This document shows, in pieces, positions 1 to 9,965 of a stretch of DNA of 32,000 nt; positions within the stretch are counted from its first letter, which is position 1, and the number at the start of each line of letters is the position of its first letter. The notes under the pieces were generated by a model. The model worked only from the letters and a program-made list of their open reading frames with translations, was not told the origin of the DNA and did not search any database. Source of the DNA: Candidatus Arthromitus sp. SFB-rat-Yit (lineage in GTDB: Bacteria; Bacillota; Clostridia; Clostridiales; Clostridiaceae); assembly GCF_000283555.1 (NCBI RefSeq), contig NC_016012.1, positions 780,001 to 812,000 of the forward strand, in the 5' to 3' direction. A program made the position numbers and the translations under genes.

Positions 1-226
1 GAAAAGATTTATCTGAATCTTTAACAATCCTCAAAATTTGAATATCATCTACAAAATAATGAGCAGATGCCCCTATATCTCCTGAATTAAAATAATTGTA
101 ATGAGCCTCAGCATTCGCACCAATGTCAGTATTATTTGTATCGTGTATAACCAGATATTTAATCTTTTCTCCATTTCTCGAAGAAAAATTATATTTAATC
201 AACTTTTCGTTAATCTTGATTTCCAT
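1..226 (-). CDS. N-acetylmuramoyl-L-alanine amidase (Amidase_2/endolysin-like), C-terminus cut by the window edge
   Basis: Manual translation from ATG at 226: MEIKINEKLIKYNFSSRNGEKIKYLVIHDTNNTDIGANAEAHYNYFNSGDIGASAHYFVDDIQILRIVKDSDKSF. The VIHDT...GANAEAHYNYF...ASAHYFVDD pattern is typical of amidase_2 enzymes. AAAGGATGAG SD-like sequence upstream. Confidence 0.85.
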   Translation of the reverse strand, partial: MEIKINEKLIKYNFSSRNGEKIKYLVIHDTNNTDIGANAEAHYNYFNSGDIGASAHYFVDDIQILRIVKDSDKSF

Positions 227-290
227 GGTAACTCATCCTTTGATTAATTTTTAATTGATACTATATGCAATATTTCAAAATATGGTTACA

Positions 291-321
291 AAAAAACTTA
301 AGAGATATAATCCCTTAAGTT
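291..321 (-). terminator. Rho-independent terminator downstream of phoU
   Basis: Perfect 8-bp inverted repeat aacttaag/cttaagtt, followed on the minus strand by a T-run (aaaaaa at 291-296). Confidence 0.65.
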
Positions 322-334
322 CTCAAAATCAAAT

Positions 335-991
335 TTAATTATTTAACTTCCTTTTAAAAAATTCACCAGATTTTAAATACATAATATTTTCGCAAATATT
401 ATTTATATGGTCACCAGCTCTCTCATAATATTTGATCACAAATAATGTTTGAACAGCTATATTATTTGAAATTTTCCCAGAATTCATTTTCTCCATAATA
501 TTTGAAAAAACCTTAGTATACTCATTATCAATCAATTCATCACTCTCATATATTTCAATAGCCTTTTTCTTGTTGTTATCAATATAGGCCTGAACAACTT
601 CTCTAACCATTTTTTTAATCGCATTGGAAAAATAATCTGATATTTCAGAATCAATACTTTCATTTTCAGGTATATACATAGATACTTTTGCAAGATCTAC
701 AGCATAATCTCCTATACGCTCCAAATCTTGAATTATTTTTATTGTTGTAAACAATCTTCTCAAATCACTCGCAAGTGGATTTTGAGTAGCAATAAGTTTT
801 AAACATTTATATTCCATTTCCTCTTTAAGAAAATCTATATTATCATCATTTTCAATAATTAATTTCGCCAATTCAGTGTCTTTAGTCCTTAAAACCTTTT
901 CTGATTTTTCAAACTGATCTATAACAAGATTGCCTAATTTCAATAAAGATTCATTTAATTCATCTAACACTTTTCTAAATTTTATACGCAT
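335..991 (-). CDS. phoU: Phosphate signalling complex protein PhoU
   Basis: 218 aa; PhoU-family repeats (RIGDYAVDLAK, ERAGDHINNICENI); last gene of the pst cluster. Confidence 0.95.
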   Translation of the reverse strand: MRIKFRKVLDELNESLLKLGNLVIDQFEKSEKVLRTKDTELAKLIIENDDNIDFLKEEMEYKCLKLIATQNPLASDLRRLFTTIKIIQDLERIGDYAVDLAKVSMYIPENESIDSEISDYFSNAIKKMVREVVQAYIDNNKKKAIEIYESDELIDNEYTKVFSNIMEKMNSGKISNNIAVQTLFVIKYYERAGDHINNICENIMYLKSGEFFKRKLNN

Positions 992-1009
992 TACAATCCT
1001 CCTAAAATT

Positions 1010-1762
1010 CTATCCAAACCTTCCTGTAATATAGTCCTCTGTAAGCTTATTCGCTGGATTTTGAAATATTTTTTCAGTTCTATCCATTTCTTCAAGTTTA
1101 CCATTTAAGAAAAATGCTGTGTAATCAGAAATTCTTCCCGCTTGTTGCATATTATGAGTAACTATTACAATAGTATATTTCTTTCTAAGTTTTACCAATA
1201 ATTCCTCTATTTTTATGGTAGAAATTGGATCTAATGCAGAAGTAGGTTCATCCATTAAAATTATTTTGGGTTGAGTTGCTAAACATCTTGCAATACACAA
1301 TCTTTGTTGTTGACCTCCAGATAAATTATAAGCACTTTTTTTCAAATCATCTTTAACTTCATCCCAAAGGGCAACATCTTTCAAAGTAGTTTCAACAAGT
1401 TCATCTAAAATATTTTTATCTTTTATTCCATAATTTCTTGGAGCAAAGACTATATTATCATAAATAGATTTAGGAAATGGATTTGGCTTTTGAAAAACTA
1501 ACCCAACTTCTTTTCGAAGTAGCACAACATCTTGCTCTTTTATATCCTTACCATCTAAGAGTATCTTGCCTGTATATCTAGAGTAATCAAACATTTCATT
1601 CATTCTATTTAAATTTCTTAAAAATGTAGATTTACCACATCCAGAAGGTCCAATAAGAGCTGTAACTTTATTTTCATATATGTCGATATTTATGTTGAAC
1701 AAAGTTTGCTTTTCTCCGTAAAAGAAATTTAAATCTTCAACTTTTATAATAACTTTTTTCAT
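1010..1762 (-). CDS. pstB: Phosphate ABC transporter ATP-binding protein
   Basis: 250 aa; Walker A GPSGCGKS, signature [16 protein letters not shown], Walker [14 protein letters not shown]; PstB-type NRMNE segment. Confidence 0.97.
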   Translation of the reverse strand: MKKVIIKVEDLNFFYGEKQTLFNINIDIYENKVTALIGPSGCGKSTFLRNLNRMNEMFDYSRYTGKILLDGKDIKEQDVVLLRKEVGLVFQKPNPFPKSIYDNIVFAPRNYGIKDKNILDELVETTLKDVALWDEVKDDLKKSAYNLSGGQQQRLCIARCLATQPKIILMDEPTSALDPISTIKIEELLVKLRKKYTIVIVTHNMQQAGRISDYTAFFLNGKLEEMDRTEKIFQNPANKLTEDYITGRFG

Positions 1763-1783
1763 TAAATACTAACCACCGATCTG

Positions 1784-2671
1784 TTAATCATATTTTTTCT
1801 CAAATTTTTTCCTTATAATGATTGCCGCGATATTAAATATCAAAACTATCAACAGTAAAATAATTATTCCTGATGATGCCAATTGTTGGAATTCTGGCTC
1901 TGGTCTTGAAGTCCAATTATATATTTGTATAGGCAATACCGTAAATCCATCAAACAAACTTAAAGGGACAAATCTTATAAATGTTGCAGCTCCAACAACA
2001 ATAAGTGGAGATGCTTCACCAATGGCACGGGCAAGAGATAAAACTATTCCAGTAATTATGTTTGACATAGCACATGGAATAATTACTCCCTTAATAGCTT
2101 TCCATTTAGATACACCAAGAGCTAAAGCTCCCTCATACAATGAATATGGAACAGTTCTAATTGCTTCTTGAGAAGAAATTATTATTGGCGACAAAACTAA
2201 AAGTGAGAGTGTTAATGCTCCAGATAATATACTTGATCCAAACATGAAAAATTTTACAAAAACTCCAAGACCAAGTATTCCATATACAATAGCAGGAACT
2301 CCTGCAAGATTTTGTATATTTAATTTTATAAAATTTGTAAATTTTGAAGATTTAGCATACAGTTCCAAATAAATAGCCGTACCGATCCCAAGAGGTATAG
2401 AAATTATTGAAGTTAAAATTAATATATAAACGCTTCCAACAATTGCTGGTAATATTCCAGCTCTTGCAGGTCTACTTGATGGGAAACTTGTTATGAATTT
2501 CCAGTTTAAATTTTTCAAACCATTCGAAAAAATCTGAATTAATAGAGCAATTAAGAAAAATACACCTATAAGAGTTGCAATTATTGTAACAATTTTCAAT
2601 ACTTTATCTTTATACTTTCTCTTTTTTAGATTATTTTTTATAATCTCATTATCATACAAATCAATTTTCAT
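1784..2671 (-). CDS. pstA: Phosphate ABC transporter permease PstA
   Basis: 295 aa membrane protein; ASLFLxR-like PARAGILPAIVGS and ALGVSKWKAIKGVIIPCA motifs; position in the pst operon. Confidence 0.95.
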   Translation of the reverse strand: MKIDLYDNEIIKNNLKKRKYKDKVLKIVTIIATLIGVFFLIALLIQIFSNGLKNLNWKFITSFPSSRPARAGILPAIVGSVYILILTSIISIPLGIGTAIYLELYAKSSKFTNFIKLNIQNLAGVPAIVYGILGLGVFVKFFMFGSSILSGALTLSLLVLSPIIISSQEAIRTVPYSLYEGALALGVSKWKAIKGVIIPCAMSNIITGIVLSLARAIGEASPLIVVGAATFIRFVPLSLFDGFTVLPIQIYNWTSRPEPEFQQLASSGIIILLLIVLIFNIAAIIIRKKFEKKYD

Positions 2672-2690
2672 TATTTCCCTGCTTCCATTT

Positions 2691-3557
2691 CTAAAACTTA
2701 TATTTATTTTTGTTTATAATTTTGCGAGCTACAATATTTAAAATTAAGGTAATCAAAAATAATATAGCTCCACAAACAAAAATTGTCTTATATTCAATTG
2801 AATCAAATGAAACATCTCCCATACTAACATTAGCCATATAAGTTGTTAATGTCTGTATACTCTTCAATGGATTCATATTAAAAAGAGGATTGCTTCCAGA
2901 TGCAATTGCAACAACCATTGTTTCACCTATAGCTCGAGAAATAGCCAAAATAAATGATGATATAATTCCTGATCTAGCTGCTGGAATTAAAACTTTGCTT
3001 GTAACTTCATACTTTGTACTACCAAGTGCATAAGCACCTCTTTTTATTGATCCTGGTATACTCCTTAATGCATCCTCACTTAAAGAAGCAATCATCGGAA
3101 TAATCATTATCCCTATAGCAATACCAGCACTTAATGCGTTATATATCTCTAAATTATGTATAAACAACTTCAACACAGGAGTTATAAATGTTAATGCAAA
3201 AAATCCATAAACAACTGATGGAATAAATGCTAATGCTTCTAAAACAGGTTTCAAAATAGCACGAACTTTTTTAGATGCATATTCACTTAAATAAATTGAA
3301 ATTAAAAGACCTATAGGTATTGCTATTAAACACGCAATAACAGCTATAATTATAGTTCCAATTACTAAAGTCATAATATTATAAGTTGGGGTACTTAAAA
3401 GTGGATTCCAGGAATTACCTTTAAATAAATCAAAAAAACTAACTTCCTTAAAAAAATCTTTAGCTTCAAATAACAATAGGAAAACTATACTGATTGTGAT
3501 AAGAATTGAAATAAATGCAAATAATCTCAGCAAACCTTCTATAAATTTCTCTTTCAC
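2691..3557 (-). CDS. pstC: Phosphate ABC transporter permease PstC
   Basis: 288 aa membrane protein; PSVVYGFFAL, ALGSTKYEVTSKVLIPAA, AISRAIGETMVVAIASG motifs. Confidence 0.95.
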   Translation of the reverse strand: MKEKFIEGLLRLFAFISILITISIVFLLLFEAKDFFKEVSFFDLFKGNSWNPLLSTPTYNIMTLVIGTIIIAVIACLIAIPIGLLISIYLSEYASKKVRAILKPVLEALAFIPSVVYGFFALTFITPVLKLFIHNLEIYNALSAGIAIGIMIIPMIASLSEDALRSIPGSIKRGAYALGSTKYEVTSKVLIPAARSGIISSFILAISRAIGETMVVAIASGSNPLFNMNPLKSIQTLTTYMANVSMGDVSFDSIEYKTIFVCGAILFLITLILNIVARKIINKNKYKF

Positions 3558-3615
3558 TAAAATAAAACCTCCAAACTAATATTAAAGTCTAAATATGAAA
3601 TTTATCTTCATAAAT

Positions 3616-4524
3616 TTATTTTAAATTATCTAGTTGATTTTCATAACTTTTATCTGATAATTGAACTAAGTTAACCTCTTTAGCAAGAGTTCCCGCATTC
3701 AAAAGATAAAATTTAAGAAATTCACTTATTTCCTGCCTATCAAGATTATTTTTATTGAAATATATCCTAAGTGGTCTTGATAATAGATAGCTTTCATCAT
3801 TTATAGTTTGTGTTGATGGCTCTACATTATCAATAGATATCAAATTAATTTTATCTTTATTTGATTCATAATAACTATATCCAAAATATCCTATCGAATA
3901 TTTGTCCCCACTTATTCCTTTGATCAAAATATTATCATCTTCACTAACTATAGCATCCTCTCTTTGGAGCTTAGCTTTTCCATTCACAATTTCCGTGAAA
4001 AACTCAAAAGTTCCAGAGGCTGTTCCTGGAGTATAAACTTTTATTAATTCATTTGGAAATCCTTCTCTCACATCACTCCAATATTTTGCAGGATTATCAT
4101 ATCTAAAAATATGAGAAACCTCCTCTTTTGTTAAATTTGTTGCGAACGTATTATCTTTGCTAACAATAACAGATATACCATCATTTGCTACAACCAACTC
4201 TTGAGCATCTATTCCATTATTTTTAGCTCTATCAAGTTCAGAATCCTTAATTTTTCTAGAAGCATTAACTATATCAATTTCACCCTCAATAAACTTTTTC
4301 ATTCCTCCACCAGTTCCAGACTCAGCTATAGATATTCTAACTTTTGGATTTACTATAGAAAATTCTTCAGCTACTATTTCTGTTATCGGATAAACTGTTG
4401 ATGACCCATCAATAACAATATTACCACGCAAAGTAGATTTATTTTGAACATTACTGCAAGAAACAAATAAAAATAAGCACAAAACTACTCCCAAATTTAA
4501 TATCTTAAAGAATCCTTTGTTCAT
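3616..4524 (-). CDS. pstS: Phosphate-binding lipoprotein PstS
   Basis: 302 aa; lipobox LFVSC; IVIDGSSTVYPITEIVAEEF and GTGGGMKKFIEGEIDIVNASRKI motifs of the PstS family. Confidence 0.95.
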   Translation of the reverse strand: MNKGFFKILNLGVVLCLFLFVSCSNVQNKSTLRGNIVIDGSSTVYPITEIVAEEFSIVNPKVRISIAESGTGGGMKKFIEGEIDIVNASRKIKDSELDRAKNNGIDAQELVVANDGISVIVSKDNTFATNLTKEEVSHIFRYDNPAKYWSDVREGFPNELIKVYTPGTASGTFEFFTEIVNGKAKLQREDAIVSEDDNILIKGISGDKYSIGYFGYSYYESNKDKINLISIDNVEPSTQTINDESYLLSRPLRIYFNKNNLDRQEISEFLKFYLLNAGTLAKEVNLVQLSDKSYENQLDNLK

Positions 4525-4574
4525 AAAATTAATCTCTCCTCAAATCAATTTAAAACATATTTTAAACCAAATTA

Positions 4575-4613
4575 GTTAAGCTTATATTTTGCTAATGTTA
4601 AATCTATATTAAA
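4575..4613 (-). promoter_or_regulatory. Candidate PhoP-binding (Pho-box-like) direct repeats upstream of pstS
   Basis: Minus-strand sequence TTTAAT-ATAGA-TTTAAC-ATTAG-CAAAAT-ATAAG-CTTAAC: hexamers on an 11-nt period, resembling PhoP TT(A/T)A(A/C)A direct repeats. Located about 50-90 nt upstream of the pstS ATG. Confidence 0.45.
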
Positions 4614-4651
4614 TTTGTTATGCTATTTTAAATTTAATTTTAAAAACAAAT

Positions 4652-4680
4652 AAAGTAGAGTAATTAACTTACTCTACTTT
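4652..4680 (-). terminator. Terminator at the 3' end of phoR, overlapping its stop codon
   Basis: Perfect 12-bp stem AAAGTAGAGTAA/TTACTCTACTTT with a 5-nt loop, followed on the minus strand by TATTTGTTTTT. Coordinates within +/-1. Confidence 0.8.
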
Positions 4681-5895
4681 ATTTTTAGGGATACTAATTT
4701 TAAATGTAACACCTTTATTTTTATTATTAAAAACCTCAACATTCCCAGAAATCTTTTTAACAGCACCATATACTATAGATAAACCTAAACCTGTTCCTCG
4801 AAATTTTGTCTTAGAAGTTGGAATTTTATAAAATCTCTCAAATATATTTTCAATTTCATTTTCAGGTATTCCAATTCCATCATCCGAAAATTTAATATAT
4901 ACGTTTTTACTATCCTCTTTACAAATTATATCTATATTTTCCCCAAAAGAGTGTTTTATCGAATTATCAATTATATTTAAAAATATTTGCATAATATACT
5001 TTTCACAACTTAGAATTTTAATCCTATCTCCAGTAATATTAACATTAATATTACTATTGGATATCTGAGGGGTAAGTAATTGTTTAATACTGTATAACAA
5101 TTGCATAATATCTATCTTTTGTTTTGTTATATCATTCTGTGTTTGAATTTCTGAAAAAATAAGTATATCACTTATTAAATTATTAAGCCTTATAGCTTCC
5201 TTCGATATTATATCGTAAAATATTTGTCTATCATTTTCATTTTCAACATTTTTTAACGTATCAGCAAATCCTATTATAGACGTTAAAGGAGTTTTTAATT
5301 CATGTGTTATATTTGAAATAAACTCTGTACTCATATTATCAATCTTCTTTTGTTCAGTTATATTTTTAAATGTATATATAGTAAAACTGTTATTTATCTT
5401 TTTTATATAACAAGATATATTAACAAATGAATACTCTTCAGGTATCTCAAACACAGTATCATTATTAAATTCAAGCAACCATCTTAAATTAGTTTTTTCA
5501 AGCAATTTATTATGCATCTCTTTTAAATCTAAAATATTAAACAATTTACCTAATTCATCATTTACATAATAAATCCTGTTTTTAATATCTAAAATCAATA
5601 CCCCATATTCAAGAATATCTATTGTACGCTCTAAAACATAGTTATCTTCCCATATCTTATCATACTTTTTATACACTTTATTAAACTTAAACTTTATCAA
5701 ATCTAGTATATTTTCTAATCCAAAGCTCTTTTTATTAGCCATATTAACAACTGATTCTAAATAATCGTTAGAATTAATTGTTAAAATATTTAACAAATTA
5801 CGCTTAATTCTATTATTAAATTTTAGAAAACAAATACACATACCTAAAATTAGTATTAATAAACAAATTATCAATATTAAATTAAAAATTTTCAT
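4669..5895 (-). CDS. phoR: Phosphate regulon sensor histidine kinase (PhoR-like)
   Basis: 408 aa; single N-terminal TM, PAS-like segment, H-box FISNITHELKTPLTSIIGF, ATP-binding DDGIGIP and FRGTGLGLSIV. Confidence 0.9.
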   Translation of the reverse strand: MKIFNLILIICLLILILGMCICFLKFNNRIKRNLLNILTINSNDYLESVVNMANKKSFGLENILDLIKFKFNKVYKKYDKIWEDNYVLERTIDILEYGVLILDIKNRIYYVNDELGKLFNILDLKEMHNKLLEKTNLRWLLEFNNDTVFEIPEEYSFVNISCYIKKINNSFTIYTFKNITEQKKIDNMSTEFISNITHELKTPLTSIIGFADTLKNVENENDRQIFYDIISKEAIRLNNLISDILIFSEIQTQNDITKQKIDIMQLLYSIKQLLTPQISNSNINVNITGDRIKILSCEKYIMQIFLNIIDNSIKHSFGENIDIICKEDSKNVYIKFSDDGIGIPENEIENIFERFYKIPTSKTKFRGTGLGLSIVYGAVKKISGNVEVFNNKNKGVTFKISIPKNKVE

Positions 5896-6601
5896 TATAT
5901 TCTAAATTGAATTTATACCCTATTCCTCTCACCGTTTCAATAAATACAGGATTTTTATCATCATCTTCTATCTTTTTTCTTAAATTTCTAACATGAACAT
6001 CTACAGTTCTAGTTTCACCTATGTAATTATATCCCCAAATATTATCAAGTATATATTCTCTAGTTAGAACATGACCATTACTTCTTATAAGCATTACCAA
6101 TAACTCAAATTCTTTAAAGGTCATATCTAGTTTTCTGCCTTTTTTATATATCTCTCTCTTTTTTAAATCTAATAATATATCGCCAAATTTAAAATCACAA
6201 GATAAATTTGTTTCATTAAAATTTAATTTTTCCATTCTCCTAAATACAGCTTTTATTCGAGCAACTATTTCATTTATAGAAAATGGCTTACAAATATAAT
6301 CGTCAGCTCCAAGATTTAGTGCCAATACTTTATCAAATTCTCTACTTTTTGAAGAAACTATTATTATAGGTATCTTCTTTGTATCTTCGTTATTGGATAA
6401 TTCACTACATATTTCAAAACCATCTTTTCCAGTTAACATTAAATCAAGCAATATTAATTCGGGCTTAAACTCTGTTACAATATTAATTATATCTAATCCA
6501 TCTAAGACATACTTTACATCAAATCCATTTTTCGTTAAATTGTATCTCAACAACTCAACAATATTAAACTCATCTTCAACAATTAAAATCTTTTTACCCA
6601 T
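5882..6601 (-). CDS. phoP: Phosphate regulon response regulator, OmpR/PhoB family
   Basis: 239 aa; receiver domain (ILIVEDE, LILLDLMLTG, KPF) and winged-helix domain (NPVFIETVRGIGYKF). Overlaps phoR by 14 nt. Confidence 0.92.
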   Translation of the reverse strand: MGKKILIVEDEFNIVELLRYNLTKNGFDVKYVLDGLDIINIVTEFKPELILLDLMLTGKDGFEICSELSNNEDTKKIPIIIVSSKSREFDKVLALNLGADDYICKPFSINEIVARIKAVFRRMEKLNFNETNLSCDFKFGDILLDLKKREIYKKGRKLDMTFKEFELLVMLIRSNGHVLTREYILDNIWGYNYIGETRTVDVHVRNLRKKIEDDDKNPVFIETVRGIGYKFNLEYNENF

Positions 6602-6624
6602 AATTACTTAATCCTCAGTAAATT

Positions 6625-7347
6625 TTATTTAATAAAAATAAATGAAAATATTCTATTTAAAGAATTCGGATCATTTCTATATGAATAAAATTTCACGTCT
6701 TTGCTACAGTGCACACAATAATCAACAACATTCAAATTATAAATCGGTATATTACACGCCAAAACCGAAGTCTTAATGCACTCCAATAAACTAAGATTAT
6801 TTTTATTAAAAATATTAGCATTTTTTTGGAATCTATGATGATTATTAAACTTATATTTAAGTTCTTCTCCAACTTCGTAACAACAAACTTTAATATGCGG
6901 TCCTATATAAATAACTATATCATTTACATCCGAATGATATTTTTTAACAAATATATCAATTGCTTTAACAACTATTTCGTTGTAAGTTCCCTTCCAACCA
7001 CTATGTAAAACCGAAGCGATACGTTTCTTTGAATCAAATAAAAATATAGGAACACAATCTGCTGTAAAAACACCTATTCCACGATTTATTTCTCTAATTA
7101 TAAGCCCATCGCCTTCTAAACCTAATGTAAAATTTTTATCACATTCAATAACAATATCACTATGTATTTGAGATACCACAAATATATCGCTTAAATTAAA
7201 TTTCTCCTTGATAAATTTTATATTTTTATCGTAATTTTCAAGTTTTGGGTGTATTCCAAATTCAGAATTAGCCGTAGTAACTCCAAAACCAATATTATCT
7301 ATTTCTTTATACAAAAAATATTTACTATCGAACTCTATTAATTTCAT
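6625..7347 (-). CDS. pgeF: Peptidoglycan editing factor / multicopper polyphenol oxidase (YfiH/YlmD) family protein
   Basis: 240 aa; GLEGDGLI, GVFTADCVPIFLFD, SVLHSGWKGT, IGPHIKVCCYEVG, DYCVHC motifs characteristic of the family. Confidence 0.9.
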   Translation of the reverse strand: MKLIEFDSKYFLYKEIDNIGFGVTTANSEFGIHPKLENYDKNIKFIKEKFNLSDIFVVSQIHSDIVIECDKNFTLGLEGDGLIIREINRGIGVFTADCVPIFLFDSKKRIASVLHSGWKGTYNEIVVKAIDIFVKKYHSDVNDIVIYIGPHIKVCCYEVGEELKYKFNNHHRFQKNANIFNKNNLSLLECIKTSVLACNIPIYNLNVVDYCVHCSKDVKFYSYRNDPNSLNRIFSFIFIK

Positions 7348-7485
7348 AAATCACCCTAATAACATACTGTAAAAGTTATTAAATGTACTAATTAAACAAT
7401 TATACATTCTTCTTTTGAAATATAATAACATAATCAAAATAAAAATTACAATAAAATTTAAATATGTTAATACATTCCAATTCAT

Positions 7486-7746
7486 TTATTCCAATAATAA
7501 ATCCATATTACTTCCATCAACCAAAATAACATCCAACCCTATTTTCATTATCTTTTCCCAAGGAATTTCTAAACAATTATTTTTAAAAAACCAGGACACT
7601 TTACCATAAGAAACTATAATTGATAACACCCTAAATGTATTTGTATCAATCATATAATCGCTTATATACCCTATTTTAGCACCTATGCTTACATCTATAA
7701 CTTCCATTGATTTTAAATCATTTAATGAAAATGACATATCTATCAT
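7486..7746 (-). CDS. YlmC/YmxH family PRC-barrel sporulation-associated protein
   Basis: 86 aa; SLNDLKSMEVIDVSIGAKIGYISD...IPWEKIMKIGLDVILVD pattern of the YlmC/YmxH family. Confidence 0.85.
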   Translation of the reverse strand: MIDMSFSLNDLKSMEVIDVSIGAKIGYISDYMIDTNTFRVLSIIVSYGKVSWFFKNNCLEIPWEKIMKIGLDVILVDGSNMDLLLE

Positions 7747-7868
7747 AAAATCATTCCTTCGTTCTTTTAAAAAATTTTTTTATTAAATTTATATGACTTG
7801 ACATTTTTATTTATACTATGTAAAGGATATAATAAAGATATGAATATTTATTAATGAAAGGATTGTAT

Positions 7869-9965
7869 ATGAATTATAACCACACACTAAAATTTGAAAA
7901 CATGAATTGTTACGACTGTGCTGACAAAATTAAAACTAGATTACTAAAATTAAATTATGTCTCGAATGTAGACATAGACGTATTAAATCAAAAATTAAAT
8001 TTAGAATTCATTGATGATTCTAACACACAACAACGCTTAGAAGAAATTATGAAGTTATGTATAAATATTGAACCTGACATAAACTTTGTTGACTCTAAGA
8101 ATCCAAATAAATCTATGAATAAAATAAACTACAAGCAAGCCATTGCATTTTTGATTGGTGTAACCCTATTTATAATTTCATTTTTCATAAATGGATCTGG
8201 ACCTTTAAAATTTTACGTATGTCTTATAAGTTATTTGTTAATAGGATTTGAAATCTTAAAAAAGGCAATTATCAATATAAAAAAGGGTATAATTTTTGAT
8301 GAAAATACATTGATGATGATTGCAACAATAGGAGCATTTGTAATAAAAGAATTTCAAGAAGGTATAGCAGTTATTATATTTTCAAGAGTTGGAGAATTTA
8401 TACAAGACATGGCTATTAACAAGTCACGTTCTTCAATCTCAAATCTGATGGACATAAGACCTGATACAGCAAATCTAGAAATTAATGATTCAATCAAAAT
8501 TGTTGATCCAAATGAAATTAAAATTGGAGATGTAATTGTTGTAAAACCAGGTGAGAAAATACCTTTAGATGGAGAAATAATTCAAGGAGAGTCCCAATTA
8601 GACACTAAAGCCTTAACCGGAGAATTCTTAACCAAAGAAGTTAAAATTGGAGATAAAGTAATATCTGGATGCATAAACATCTCTTCTTTAATCAAGATAA
8701 AAGTAGAATCAGAATTCAAAAATTCAACAATATCCAGAATTCTTAATCTCGTTGAAAGTGCTACATCAAAAAAATCAAATACAGAAAATTTTATTACTAA
8801 ATTTTCAAAAATTTATACTCCTATCGTTATAGTAATCGCTTTAATAATAGCAATAATCCCACCATTTATTTTAGGATATAATACTATCTCAACATGGATT
8901 TATAGAGCTTTAATATTTTTAGTTATATCTTGCCCTTGTGCGTTGGTAATCTCAATACCATTAAGTTTCTTTAGTGGTATAGGGGTAGCATCTAAGAACG
9001 GTATACTTATAAAAGGAAGTAACTATTTAGAAGCACTAAATAATTTATCAACTTTAGTATTTGATAAAACAGGAACTGTAACAGAAGGCAAATTTTTTAT
9101 AACTAAAATTATAACTAAAGATTGCACAACAGATGAATTATTAAAATACGCTGCAATGGCAGAAAGTTTTTCAAATCATCCAATTGCTAAATCTATAGTC
9201 AACCATTACAATCATCCAATTGAGCAATCAAAAATTTCTAGGTTCGAGGAAATTGCTGGATATGGTATAAGCATTTGTATAGATGATGACACAATAATAA
9301 GTGGAAATAAAAAGATGATGGATAAATTCAATATCCATATTGAATCCACAGATGAGCCTGGAACAAAAGTATATGTAGCCAAAAACAACACTTATCTCGG
9401 ATATATTTTGATATCAGATAAAATAAAAGAGAATTCAGCTAAAACTATTGCTGAATTGAAAGATATGAATGTGAACAAACTAGTAATGCTTACAGGGGAC
9501 AATAAGAAAACAGCTCAGCATATCGCAGAAACATTAAAAATCCCAGAAGTATATTCAGAGCTATTACCAGACCAAAAAGTAAAATATGTAGAAGAATTAA
9601 TTTTAAATAAAACTCCAAAATCAACTTTAGCATTCATTGGAGATGGTATAAATGATGCTCCTTCTCTTGCTATAGCAGACATTGGAATATCTATGGGTGG
9701 AATTGGAAGTGATGCTGCTATTGAAGCATCTGACATTGTTTTAATTGATGACGATCCATACAAAATAATTAAAGCTATAAAAATAGCAAAACAAACAAGA
9801 AAAATTGCTACACAAAATATAATTTTATCTTTATCAGTAAAAACATTAGTAATAATACTGGGTGCTTTAGGTTTATCATCTATGTGGGCAGCTATATTAT
9901 CAGATGTTGGTGTATCACTTATTGTAATTTTAAACTCGGTTAGAATATTGAAAAAAGAAATATAA
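7869..9965 (+). CDS. cadA: Heavy-metal-translocating P1B-type ATPase (Cd/Zn-type, CadA-like)
   Basis: ORF track 7854..9965; the second ATG at 7869 is preferred because GAAAGGA gives a properly spaced RBS. HMA domain MNCYDCADK, SCPCAL metal site, DKTGTVTEG phosphorylation site, GDGINDAPSLA hinge, SNHPIA (HP motif). Confidence 0.93.
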   Translation: MNYNHTLKFENMNCYDCADKIKTRLLKLNYVSNVDIDVLNQKLNLEFIDDSNTQQRLEEIMKLCINIEPDINFVDSKNPNKSMNKINYKQAIAFLIGVTLFIISFFINGSGPLKFYVCLISYLLIGFEILKKAIINIKKGIIFDENTLMMIATIGAFVIKEFQEGIAVIIFSRVGEFIQDMAINKSRSSISNLMDIRPDTANLEINDSIKIVDPNEIKIGDVIVVKPGEKIPLDGEIIQGESQLDTKALTGEFLTKEVKIGDKVISGCINISSLIKIKVESEFKNSTISRILNLVESATSKKSNTENFITKFSKIYTPIVIVIALIIAIIPPFILGYNTISTWIYRALIFLVISCPCALVISIPLSFFSGIGVASKNGILIKGSNYLEALNNLSTLVFDKTGTVTEGKFFITKIITKDCTTDELLKYAAMAESFSNHPIAKSIVNHYNHPIEQSKISRFEEIAGYGISICIDDDTIISGNKKMMDKFNIHIESTDEPGTKVYVAKNNTYLGYILISDKIKENSAKTIAELKDMNVNKLVMLTGDNKKTAQHIAETLKIPEVYSELLPDQKVKYVEELILNKTPKSTLAFIGDGINDAPSLAIADIGISMGGIGSDAAIEASDIVLIDDDPYKIIKAIKIAKQTRKIATQNIILSLSVKTLVIILGALGLSSMWAAILSDVGVSLIVILNSVRILKKEI

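Noticed and set aside
1818-2171. Plus-strand ORF (117 aa) inside pstA, and similar antisense ORFs at 4201, 6393, 6826, 9515 (minus), 10961, 12730, 17307, 17898, 19143, 20693, 23484, 23521, 24691, 25948, 28425 and 30687
   Set aside because: All lie wholly or mainly antisense to strongly recognised genes, show low-complexity or unfamiliar protein sequence, and lack convincing RBS or family motifs. They are best explained as shadow ORFs.
7415-7609. Plus-strand 64-aa ORF overlapping the ylmC-family gene
   Set aside because: The C-terminal part is antisense to a recognised gene and the sequence is lysine/isoleucine-rich with no motif.
7798-7833. TTGACA and TATAAT upstream of the cadA-like gene as a promoter
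   Set aside because: The spacing is 24 nt, outside the normal 16-18 nt range and longer than MerR-type 19-20 nt promoters. It may be coincidence in AT-rich DNA, so it was not annotated.
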